This document shows positions 27,735-36,093 of a stretch of DNA of 64,000 nucleotides, one piece after another. The position numbers were made by a program, and so were the translations under genes. This stretch comes from Bdellovibrio sp. ZAP7. Lineage in GTDB: Bacteria; Bdellovibrionota_B; Oligoflexia; Oligoflexales; RGVZ01. How positions within the stretch are numbered: position 1 is the first letter of the stretch; every line of letters starts with the position of its first letter. The notes under the pieces are model-generated. The model saw only the letters and a list, made by a program, of their open reading frames with translations. It made no database searches and had not been told where the DNA came from. Location: positions 5,837 to 69,836 of the forward strand of contig CAMDKS010000011.1 in assembly GCA_945900755.1 (NCBI GenBank). The letters run 5' to 3'.

Positions 27735-28127
27735 ATGGGACCAGTTAAAGGAGTGAACATCGGAGATGTCGTGGCTAGATCTGGAAACTATACTGAGCCA
27801 GGTGTTGTCGTCGATAAACGCAAGGATGGTTCTGTCATTGTTGATACAGAGCCAATGGTGGTCAATCAGTATCACCGGTATACGAACACAAGTGGCTTGA
27901 CAGAAGACGAAAAAAATAAATTTAACGGCATTCTTGATCAGATCTACCAGAAAACAAATGAAGTTGAACGTATCAATGACATTCAGTTAGAAATTGATCA
28001 ATTGCGAACTATGCCCGCCAATCAAAATGTTGTGCGTTACCTTCGTAACCAACAGGCATTCTTGATTCGTGAAGCTCGTGACTTGCCACGGACATATCAA
28101 ACGGATGAGCGATTCGTTAAAGGATAA
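27735..28127 (+). CDS. small hypothetical protein, tandem paralogue B
   Basis: AAGGGGG RBS. SH3/KOW-like N-terminus (IGDVVARSGNYTEPGVVVDKRKDGSVIV). C-terminus paralogous to 27264..27638. Confidence 0.6.
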   Translation: MGPVKGVNIGDVVARSGNYTEPGVVVDKRKDGSVIVDTEPMVVNQYHRYTNTSGLTEDEKNKFNGILDQIYQKTNEVERINDIQLEIDQLRTMPANQNVVRYLRNQQAFLIREARDLPRTYQTDERFVKG

Positions 28128-28139
28128 TCGGACCGCCGC

Positions 28140-29432
28140 TTAGGCGGCAGCCTTCGAGGTCACGCTGACGGGGGTTTTTGTTCGGGCCCGAATCTGCTCC
28201 AGGAGGCGAATCGCTTTTTTGTAGTTGGGTTCTTTGATCACGGCTAAGACAAGGAACTCTTCGGCCATATTAAGGCGACCCCATTTAGCGTAGCAAAGAG
28301 CGATGTTGTATAATAACTGCGGCCCCTTTTCTTGTTGCGGAAGTATGTATTGTGCTTTGCTGTAGTGTTCCAAGGCGGCCTCGTAGGTGCCTGCTGTGAC
28401 CAATTCAATCCCCTTGTTGTTAAGTTTTGCAGCGAATTGATAGGCGATCGGCGACTTCGCCAGTAGAAGTCTCGACTCGCCTAATTCGTTTTGCCAAAAT
28501 TTCACTTCGCCTAAGCCATTCAAGGCCCGACCGGACCAGGCATCCTTGTCTAGTGCGCTTTGAAAATACGTTTCAGCTTTATCTAGATCGTTGAGGGCTA
28601 GTTGCTCTTCACCCATAGAGATGAGTCGCTTGACGGAGTTGCGATTCTGTAATTGCATTTTCTGCATCAGTGCATAAGCGCCTTTGTGATTACCTTGTTG
28701 CCGCATCAGATTGATGAGTGCGTTCCATGAGCGAAAGTAGTTGGGGTTTATTTGTATCGCATTGTGAAGCATTTTTGAGGCTTCAGCCGCGTTGCCCCGC
28801 TTAACTTCTATCGCGGCCAAGGCCTCCAAATACCTTGCAGTAGGTGGAGCTGACGAATCATTTAGCTTCCCAATGCTCTGCTCAATTTTTGCCAATATTC
28901 CAGCCGGAGGATCTGCGGGCAGCATGTCAAGGGCCACTATTATTTTCCGCCAAAGCCCGTCGATGGTTGGCTTCAACGCTGGATTCAGTATTTCGTGAAC
29001 ATGTTTCTTTAGTTCTTCGGAAGAAATTTCAATCTCTTGTGCTCTTGAACGGGCGCGGATCACACGCCGAATACCAAGCTCACTAAAGAAAACGACATCT
29101 TCATGAATTGGATTGGTTGTGACAATAATAATTTTATCTGCCGCATCATAACGTCGATCAATTTCTAGTATCTCCTCAATAATCGCGCCTCCAGAGCGTA
29201 GTTTGTTTTCCCAGTGGACAATCATGAATGGAGAATCGTGAAAACGACTCCAGCTTTGCCGCATTAAAACATTGGATGAGACTTGCGTGAAGTCGACGCC
29301 TGCGGAATTCAATGAATTGGCAACGAGCTCTCCAAGCCAGGAGTGGTCGTCCATAATTACGAGCGCCTCTTTAAAGCGTCGAGTGACAATCGTGGTCCCC
29401 GGCTTGGTTGTGTCGGGGGGGCTAGGCTCCAT
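28140..29432 (-). CDS. TPR-repeat protein with N-terminal CheY-like pseudo-receiver domain
   Basis: REC-like topology (ALVIMDDH ... FMIVHWEN ... IIIVTTN), but the phospho-acceptor Asp position reads H/W. At least 5 TPR-like repeats follow. Confidence 0.6.
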   Translation of the reverse strand: MEPSPPDTTKPGTTIVTRRFKEALVIMDDHSWLGELVANSLNSAGVDFTQVSSNVLMRQSWSRFHDSPFMIVHWENKLRSGGAIIEEILEIDRRYDAADKIIIVTTNPIHEDVVFFSELGIRRVIRARSRAQEIEISSEELKKHVHEILNPALKPTIDGLWRKIIVALDMLPADPPAGILAKIEQSIGKLNDSSAPPTARYLEALAAIEVKRGNAAEASKMLHNAIQINPNYFRSWNALINLMRQQGNHKGAYALMQKMQLQNRNSVKRLISMGEEQLALNDLDKAETYFQSALDKDAWSGRALNGLGEVKFWQNELGESRLLLAKSPIAYQFAAKLNNKGIELVTAGTYEAALEHYSKAQYILPQQEKGPQLLYNIALCYAKWGRLNMAEEFLVLAVIKEPNYKKAIRLLEQIRARTKTPVSVTSKAAA

Positions 29433-29685
29433 GGTACGTCCCTCTTATCAAAGGTTTGCGGTATTACGGGCGGCGTGCGGTACCTAATGCTTTCGGACGA
29501 AGCCCGACCACATCTTAGTGAGCACCCCATCAAGAGGGATGGTGATTTGTCAATTTAGGGCATTTATAAGCGATGTCACATAGGTTTAGGGCGGGGCGCA
29601 GAGCCATCACTATTGTTCAATTAGCTAGTCTCTTGTGAGAAAGCGCCAGCAACTTGTAACGATCAAAGCGAGGGAACTAGTGATT

Positions 29686-31320
29686 TCAGATCTTGACGGC
29701 GACATAATATCGTATGTCGCCAAACTTAAATGGAATGTTTAGGTCGCTTAAAGGAGTCCTCGCCAAAAGTTTTCTTAACGGGACTGCAAACGGGACTCCA
29801 AGTGAGTCTAATTTCATTAAGAAATAGTCTAACGTAATAATGTGGCAGTAGGTGTCGGCCCACGTCAATTTGAAGCCGTTACGACGCAGCATTTCTTCAA
29901 TTATTTTGTCGTCGAAATAATATAAATGCATGTCCATCATCCACGGCCATTTTTCGCCCATCAGCCTTGCGTACCAATTATCCCAGTTCAAGGTGCTAAA
30001 AGCAAACGTGCCGCCTGTTTCTATTTGAGCGCTAATTTTACTTAGTTCAGCCATGGGAGAGAAGAAATGCTCCATCACATCCCAGCTTGTAATAATGTCA
30101 AACCGCTTGGCAGGATTCGGAAAATCCGCAAGGGTGCCGCTATGAACCTTTAACCCGAGTGTGTCTCGTGCATAGCTGGAGGCGGCAATGGAGGGCTCAA
30201 TACCGGCTACATCGAAGCCGCTTTTTTGGGCATACTGAAGAAATATGCCGTAATAAGAGCCCACGTCGAGTAATTTTCCTGTCTTGGGTAAAAAACGGGT
30301 AATTTTTTTGAAGTTATATTCAAAGGTCTTAATGCGCGCGGGAATATTAGCAATGTAGGTTTGATCCACGACGTCCGAGTATAGGGTGGCGAGGTTTTCA
30401 GGCGACATTTTGGGGTTTGTGGCCACCAAGCCACAGACTAAACACTTAACAATCCTGCCGTGTAAATCGTGATGGGCGCTCGTGCAATTATACATTGCAG
30501 AATCGTGAAGCGGGGAATTGGCCGCATAGAGTTCAACGTGGAACGTCGTGCCGCAAACGTCGCAGGGCTCAGCATTTTTATGAGCGGAAGCTGTTGGCAG
30601 GAAGTTTTCGAATTTTTGCAGAATGCGGCGTACGGTCAAGCGGAACAGGCGAACGGCCGCGAGAGCAATTTCCTTTTTGGAAATTTTACTGGTTCCTGCA
30701 CGGCGGTCTTCAAAATAAATCGGAAATTCTGAACTATGCTCAGCGATCCTGCAAGCATGAAAAATGGATTCAAAGAAGAAGGCGTACCCCTCAGCCTTGA
30801 TTTTATCTACGGGAAGTCTCAAGAGTAAACTACGCCGAAATCCACGGTAGCTTGTTGTGGTTTCGTGCAATTTTATTCCAAGCAACGACCTTGCCAAAAA
30901 ATTCGCACAGCGGCTGATCATTTGTCGACCGAGACCATAGTCACATTTTCCACCGTCAACATACCGGCTACCCGTCACGAACTCAGATGTTTCTAACGCC
31001 TTGATCATGGTCGGTAAGTATTTCGGATGATGGCTGTAGTCCGCATCCATCGTGATTAGAGTATCGTAGTTGCCTTGAGCTGCGAATTTGATGGCTAGTT
31101 TGTGAGCTGATCCAAGGCCAAGCTTGCGAGGGCGATGAATAACGTGGAGTTGGCCGGGGTATTGGGTTACGAGCTGATCTAGGAGCTGGCCGGTACCGTC
31201 TGCAGAATTGTCGTCTACCACTAACATGTGGGCGTCTGGTAATTGAGCCAAACAATCCCCTACAAGCGTCGACATATTGTCAAATTCATTGAGGGTGGCA
31301 GTGAATATCAAACACGTCAT
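29686..31320 (-). CDS. fusion protein: family-2 glycosyltransferase (polyprenol-phosphate sugar synthase-like) + Cys4 zinc-ribbon + class I SAM methyltransferase
   Basis: GT2 part: CLIFTATLNE..., LVVDDNSADGT, ITMDADYSHHP. Zinc-ribbon: CDVCG...CLVCG. Methyltransferase part: LLDVGSYYGIF...FDIITSWDVMEHF. The ATG at 31320 puts the GT2 beta-1 strand at the N-terminus. Confidence 0.75.
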   Translation of the reverse strand: MTCLIFTATLNEFDNMSTLVGDCLAQLPDAHMLVVDDNSADGTGQLLDQLVTQYPGQLHVIHRPRKLGLGSAHKLAIKFAAQGNYDTLITMDADYSHHPKYLPTMIKALETSEFVTGSRYVDGGKCDYGLGRQMISRCANFLARSLLGIKLHETTTSYRGFRRSLLLRLPVDKIKAEGYAFFFESIFHACRIAEHSSEFPIYFEDRRAGTSKISKKEIALAAVRLFRLTVRRILQKFENFLPTASAHKNAEPCDVCGTTFHVELYAANSPLHDSAMYNCTSAHHDLHGRIVKCLVCGLVATNPKMSPENLATLYSDVVDQTYIANIPARIKTFEYNFKKITRFLPKTGKLLDVGSYYGIFLQYAQKSGFDVAGIEPSIAASSYARDTLGLKVHSGTLADFPNPAKRFDIITSWDVMEHFFSPMAELSKISAQIETGGTFAFSTLNWDNWYARLMGEKWPWMMDMHLYYFDDKIIEEMLRRNGFKLTWADTYCHIITLDYFLMKLDSLGVPFAVPLRKLLARTPLSDLNIPFKFGDIRYYVAVKI

Positions 31321-31540
31321 ATCAAGTCCGCAGGTTTTGGTTATTGTAACGAAGTGGTATTGATACCTAAAAGCGGCCAAAAAGTCACCCAATATCGCCA
31401 CATCAAATGATCAATTAAATTGCAGGCCCTAAAAATACAACTTGCTGATGCACGGATGGCGCTTTAACATCCGAAGCTCACCAAGTGTGCCGACCGATGG
31501 GGGGCCATTTGATTTGTGTGGCAGATAATTTGGGAGTGGC

Positions 31541-32488
31541 ATGTCAAAATTAAACCGAGAAACTTTTACGACGTTCGCCAAAATTGTTTTAGGCTATACC
31601 GTGATCGTCATTTTGTGGGGGGCTTTCGTACGCGCCACCGGAAGTGGTGCCGGGTGTGGAGCTCATTGGCCCCTATGTAACGGCGAATTAATTCCTCGAA
31701 GCCCTGACTTGGCTCGCGTCATTGAATTTAGTCACCGATTAAGTAGCGGCCTATCACTAGTATTGGTGGCGCTATTATTGCTGGGCTCCCGCCGAGTTTT
31801 TGCAGTCGGCCATCCGGTTCGGCGGGCGGCTGTTTGGTCCTTTATTTTCATTATTGGCGAAGCCTTGGTTGGCGGTATGTTGGTTCTTTTGAAGTTAGTC
31901 GCGGGTAATGATTCGGTATTGCGTGCAGTCGTGATTGTACTGCATCTTCTAAATTCCTTTTTACTCTTGTATTGGCTGACGCGTGTTGCCTTTCTCGCAC
32001 CAAGAGATTTGAGGGCATCCAAGGTTGCAATTCGATCGATAAACATAACGCGATTTTGTGTTTTGACATGTATGGTGGCTCTTGCGCTCACTGGCGGGGC
32101 TGGGGCGATTGCGGCATTGGGAGATACCTTATTTCCAGTAAAATCGTTGGCGGATGGCCTCGCCCAAGATTTTTCCTCGGCCGCACATTTCTTGATAAAG
32201 CTTCGAGTCTGGCACCCGATATTGGCTTGTTCGACGATGCTATATATCGTCGGACAAACAATATTCTTGTCGGCAAAATTTCCTGGAGTTTCGAGTCAAA
32301 GGCTGGGGACATTGATTTTTTGCTTGGTTATTTTTCAGGTGTTTGCTGGCTTTATGAATTTAGTTTTATTGGCACCCGTTTGGATGCAGTTGTTTCATTT
32401 GCTCATGGCAGATGTGATTTGGATTTCGTTGTGCGCTTGGTATTTTGGTATTGGGCAAGGATTCGATGCTGAAGTTGATTTGATTTAG
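31541..32488 (+). CDS. ctaA: haem A synthase (COX15/CtaA family)
   Basis: VRATGSGAGCGAHWPLCNG motif. Polytopic membrane protein with conserved His residues. Confidence 0.85.
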   Translation: MSKLNRETFTTFAKIVLGYTVIVILWGAFVRATGSGAGCGAHWPLCNGELIPRSPDLARVIEFSHRLSSGLSLVLVALLLLGSRRVFAVGHPVRRAAVWSFIFIIGEALVGGMLVLLKLVAGNDSVLRAVVIVLHLLNSFLLLYWLTRVAFLAPRDLRASKVAIRSINITRFCVLTCMVALALTGGAGAIAALGDTLFPVKSLADGLAQDFSSAAHFLIKLRVWHPILACSTMLYIVGQTIFLSAKFPGVSSQRLGTLIFCLVIFQVFAGFMNLVLLAPVWMQLFHLLMADVIWISLCAWYFGIGQGFDAEVDLI

Positions 32489-32517
32489 ATGTTAATTGTA
32501 ATATTCTTGGAGAGCCT

Positions 32518-33477
32518 ATGAATCGTAACCTTGCACTGGAATTTGTTCGTGTAACTGAAGCCGCAGCCTTGAGTGCTGGCCGGTGGATTGGCCGTGGCGA
32601 AAAGAACGCTGCCGATCAAGCGGCCGTGACGGCCATGCGGGAGTCCTTCAACTCTATCGATTTTGACGGTCTGATTGTTATTGGCGAAGGCGAAATGGAC
32701 GAGGCGCCGATGCTGTACATTGGCGAAAAAGTCGGGCAGGGCAAAGGCATGCGGATTGATATTGCGTGTGATCCATTAGAGGGAACCAATACGACCGCTA
32801 AGGGTGGACCTGAAGCGATTGCTTGTATTGCAGCTGCGGAGGAGGGGGGCTTTTTGCATGCTCCCGACATGTATATGAATAAGATTGCTGTTGGTCCTGC
32901 AGCTCGCGGTGCTATTGATATTACGCAAAGTGTGACTTGGAACCTTAACTCAGTTGCGAAGGCTTCTCGCAAGGACGTTCAAGATCTGTGTGTCATCATT
33001 CTTGATCGCGAACGCCACCAGTCAATTGTTAAAGAAGCTAGAAAATGTGGTGCGCGGATTCGTTTTATCTCCGACGGAGATGTATCGGCAGCCCTCGCCA
33101 CGGCGACCCCAGATAGTGGCGTCGATATTCTTATGGGGTGCGGTGGCGCACCTGAGGGTGTAATTGCGGCCGCCGCACTGCGCTGCATGGGTGGGGACAT
33201 GCAGGCGACCTTAGAATTTACAAATGACGAGGAGTGGGTTCGGGCGAAAAAAATGGGCGTGAAAGATAAGAACCAGGTGTACGGCCTGACCGACCTTGCC
33301 AAGGGCAACGTCATGTTTGTTGCGACGGGCGTGACTGGCGGAAGTTTTCTAAAAGGTGTGCGCTATGTTAGCGGCGGTGCAGCCACTCACTCGATCGTCA
33401 TGCGGTCACAGACCGGAACTGTTCGTGAAATCGAGACGCGTCATTCCTTTGATAAGAAGCCTCGCTACGGCTGGTAG
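32518..33477 (+). CDS. glpX: class II fructose-1,6-bisphosphatase
   Basis: N-terminus LALEFVRVTEAAALSAGRWIGRGEKNAADQAAV. GlpX-typical blocks DPLEGT and GGAPEGV. Confidence 0.93.
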   Translation: MNRNLALEFVRVTEAAALSAGRWIGRGEKNAADQAAVTAMRESFNSIDFDGLIVIGEGEMDEAPMLYIGEKVGQGKGMRIDIACDPLEGTNTTAKGGPEAIACIAAAEEGGFLHAPDMYMNKIAVGPAARGAIDITQSVTWNLNSVAKASRKDVQDLCVIILDRERHQSIVKEARKCGARIRFISDGDVSAALATATPDSGVDILMGCGGAPEGVIAAAALRCMGGDMQATLEFTNDEEWVRAKKMGVKDKNQVYGLTDLAKGNVMFVATGVTGGSFLKGVRYVSGGAATHSIVMRSQTGTVREIETRHSFDKKPRYGW

Positions 33478-33485
33478 TTCAATTA

Positions 33486-33983
33486 ATGGAGCTGACGATG
33501 AGCCTTACGATACAAGACATGGCCGATAATATTCTTCGAAACCTAGAAAAAAATGGGTTCCCAGGCAATGCTGTGGCGTTGCCCTTGGAACGACTGTACG
33601 AATCAGCTCATAAATCGGGAATTAATTTTAACAAAGTCTTAGATGTACTTTTGACGATGGGCATTGCGAACACAAAAACGTCCGAAAAAATCACCTTTTC
33701 TAAAGCACTGCCTGCGGTCACTTCGGATGTTCAGGCAGCCAGCGGTGCCGAGAACGCCAGTCCGTTTGCGGGCCTCAACCTCGATGCTTTGAAAAATATG
33801 GATTTTAGTCAATTAGATTTTAAAGGTCTAAATCTTGGTTCGATGATGAGTCAAGCCTCTGCCATGATGAAAAATATGTCTAGCTCACAACTGGCAGACC
33901 TCAAGAAAATGTATGATCAAATGAGTCCCGAAGAGCGAGAAAAACTTATGGATAAAGTGAAATCCGTTGCCCCCAGGGATTAG
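33486..33983 (+). CDS. hypothetical protein (Met/Ser-rich C-terminal half)
   Basis: The ORF has GGAG 6 nt before the second ATG (33498). No recognised motif. Confidence 0.45.
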   Translation: MELTMSLTIQDMADNILRNLEKNGFPGNAVALPLERLYESAHKSGINFNKVLDVLLTMGIANTKTSEKITFSKALPAVTSDVQAASGAENASPFAGLNLDALKNMDFSQLDFKGLNLGSMMSQASAMMKNMSSSQLADLKKMYDQMSPEEREKLMDKVKSVAPRD

Positions 33984-34759
33984 ATTTCGAAGGCAAACCA
34001 TTCTCTAGGCAGCCGCAGGCGAGGGCCGTAAACTCCGCCCTGTCCACGTTTACCGACGGAAACCACCATGCATATTTCCGCACCGCAACCGAGGCCAAGA
34101 ATTTTTTTGACCCGTTTAGAGTCAAACCCCTCCATCGGGCAAGTGTCAAATCCTTGTGCCCTGATCGCCAGCATAAAATTTTCAGACGCCAAGGCCGCTG
34201 ATTTGTGAGTCCACACCCGAATATCGGCAAACGATTTTGGCTCTCGAGGAACCGGTCCCGCTAAGCCTTTTACGAAAAAATAAACGCGTTTAAAAAGTCC
34301 AAGGAGCCCAAGAGGCCCATTTCTGTAAGCTAATGGGACCAGCTTTTCATAGTAAGAGATGGCCGATTTTGGAGCGCCAGACTCGCGGAGTTGAGTGATG
34401 ATAGCGGCCGAATTTCTCATCCAAGTGTTGGTGCGAGCCACAATCACCACTAACTCTTGGGAGGTCGCCGCCGCTGGTTGACTTAGACAAGCTTTGACCA
34501 GCGCCGCTTTACGCTCGGGGGACCTGGCCCAATAAAATTCCGTCTGCTGAAGGTTACTTGACGTCGGTGCTATTAATCCCGCATCAATCGCATTGCGTAT
34601 AACGCTCGCAGGGACTGGTGTTTGATCAAAGACTCGAATACTTCGGCGAGAGGAGATCACTTTGAAATACTCATCCCAGGAACACTCTAACGCAAGTTCA
34701 TGGTAGTTGTCGGGGCGAGCATCTTCAAGAATATTTGTTAAATCTAATTTTTTCTTCAA
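33980..34759 (-). CDS. nitroreductase-family flavoprotein
   Basis: RRSIRVFDQTPVP motif and nitroreductase-like length and pattern. Confidence 0.75.
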   Translation of the reverse strand: MKKKLDLTNILEDARPDNYHELALECSWDEYFKVISSRRSIRVFDQTPVPASVIRNAIDAGLIAPTSSNLQQTEFYWARSPERKAALVKACLSQPAAATSQELVVIVARTNTWMRNSAAIITQLRESGAPKSAISYYEKLVPLAYRNGPLGLLGLFKRVYFFVKGLAGPVPREPKSFADIRVWTHKSAALASENFMLAIRAQGFDTCPMEGFDSKRVKKILGLGCGAEICMVVSVGKRGQGGVYGPRLRLPREWFAFEI

Positions 34760-34761
34760 GG

Positions 34762-35934
34762 TTATTCTCCAGATTTTTTAGCAGGTTTTCTACGGCGTCG
34801 CGTCGCAGTCTTTGCTCCGGACACTGGGGTGGACGCGGGCTTTGCGGGCGTCTTGGGCGCAGCCTTCGCTGGGCCGCGGCTTGGGGCCCGAGGCTGAGGC
34901 ACGCGAACTACCGCCTTAACGTCCGGTGGCGTTTCCGTTTTGGATTCTGACGTTTCGCTTAGAGGCACACTCGGCTCATCCAAGTTACTTTCCTCAGCTC
35001 GTTTTACAGAGGGCCGTTGGCTGTTTTGTGATCGACTTGAGGTTTTTGCAGAAGCCGTAGTGATGGGCTCCGAGACGTTTGCGGAAATGGGCGGCGCCGA
35101 AGTCACTGCTCTCACAACTATTGGTGGCGACGAATCCGACGCAGGTGGGGCTGGCGGCGTTTTCATTTCGTCGCCAAATCTAGCGACGACCCAAGTGCCG
35201 GATTTTTGATGAAGGGTTAGTTCTAGAAGGCCCTCTTTGGCGGCATCTTGCAGAAAGCTACTAAAACTCCTGTAACCAAATTGACTCTCGTTGAAGCCGG
35301 GATGCATTCGGCACATGGTGTTTTTAAGTAAGGCTGCACCTAACACTTCTCGGTCATCGCGACGAAGGGCTGCCAAGGCATCAAATAACATGTTGAATGC
35401 ATTGCGACGAGGCTCGGTCACCGTCTTTGATAGTGGGATTGTCGTCTGGGCATCAGGTACGGGTACTAAATCTTCGTAATAGATAAACTCATCGCAATTG
35501 TCTCGAAGGAGTGCTGAGGTGCTGTCAGTCATGCCGAGCCCAATGACGTGTTTTCCGAGTTCCTTTAGCTTACTCACCAAGGGTGAAAAGTCACTGTCGC
35601 CGGACACGATGACGAAGGTGTTGATGTGGTCTTTGCTATAGGCCAAATCCATGGCGTCAACGCAAAGCCTAATGTCGGCACTATTTTTCCCGGTTTGGGA
35701 ACGTTTTGGAATCTCGATCAGTTCGATCGCGGACTCGTGCAACGAAAACGTGTAGGAACTAAATCGACTCCAGTCGGCGTAGGATCTCTTCGCGACGATT
35801 TTGCCCGTTTCTAAAAGGCGTTTTAATACATATTTAATTTCGAAGCGACCCTGACGGTCCTTAAACCCTAGGGCTAAATTTTCAAAATCGATGAACACCG
35901 CAATTGAGCGGTTGCTTGGGTGAGTTGAACTCAT
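34762..35934 (-). CDS. NYN (LabA-like, PIN-fold) domain protein with OST-HTH/LOTUS-like domain and long basic Pro/Ala/Lys tail
   Basis: IAVFIDFENL...YADW...VIVSGDSDFSPLV (NYN). FGYRSFSSFLQDAAKEGLLEL (LOTUS-like). C-terminal ~130 aa are low-complexity and end RRRRKPAKKSGE. Confidence 0.75.
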   Translation of the reverse strand: MSSTHPSNRSIAVFIDFENLALGFKDRQGRFEIKYVLKRLLETGKIVAKRSYADWSRFSSYTFSLHESAIELIEIPKRSQTGKNSADIRLCVDAMDLAYSKDHINTFVIVSGDSDFSPLVSKLKELGKHVIGLGMTDSTSALLRDNCDEFIYYEDLVPVPDAQTTIPLSKTVTEPRRNAFNMLFDALAALRRDDREVLGAALLKNTMCRMHPGFNESQFGYRSFSSFLQDAAKEGLLELTLHQKSGTWVVARFGDEMKTPPAPPASDSSPPIVVRAVTSAPPISANVSEPITTASAKTSSRSQNSQRPSVKRAEESNLDEPSVPLSETSESKTETPPDVKAVVRVPQPRAPSRGPAKAAPKTPAKPASTPVSGAKTATRRRRKPAKKSGE

Positions 35935-36093
35935 AATATAATTTCTTTCTTTTGTTTTTTGAATGACCCTCAGTCAATCGAAACGAGTCGGCTGAGAGGT
36001 CAATATTTTTTTGTTATTGTTTGATAATTTGTTGATGTCTTGTTGGTCTCTAGTCTACTGTGTGCACCCGCACCCAGCAAACGTATCGATTCT

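Noticed and set aside
31513-31529. TGGCAGATAATTTGG just before ctaA as a sigma-54 promoter
   Set aside because: The -12 element reads TTGG rather than TTGC. The site ends only ~12 nt before the ATG and overlaps the RBS, leaving no room for a leader.
35965-36005. Imperfect hairpin gaccctcag...ctgagaggtc between the ALDH and NYN genes as a terminator
   Set aside because: The stem is interrupted. The T-run follows it only on the plus strand, where no gene ends, and on the relevant minus strand it is followed by A-rich sequence.
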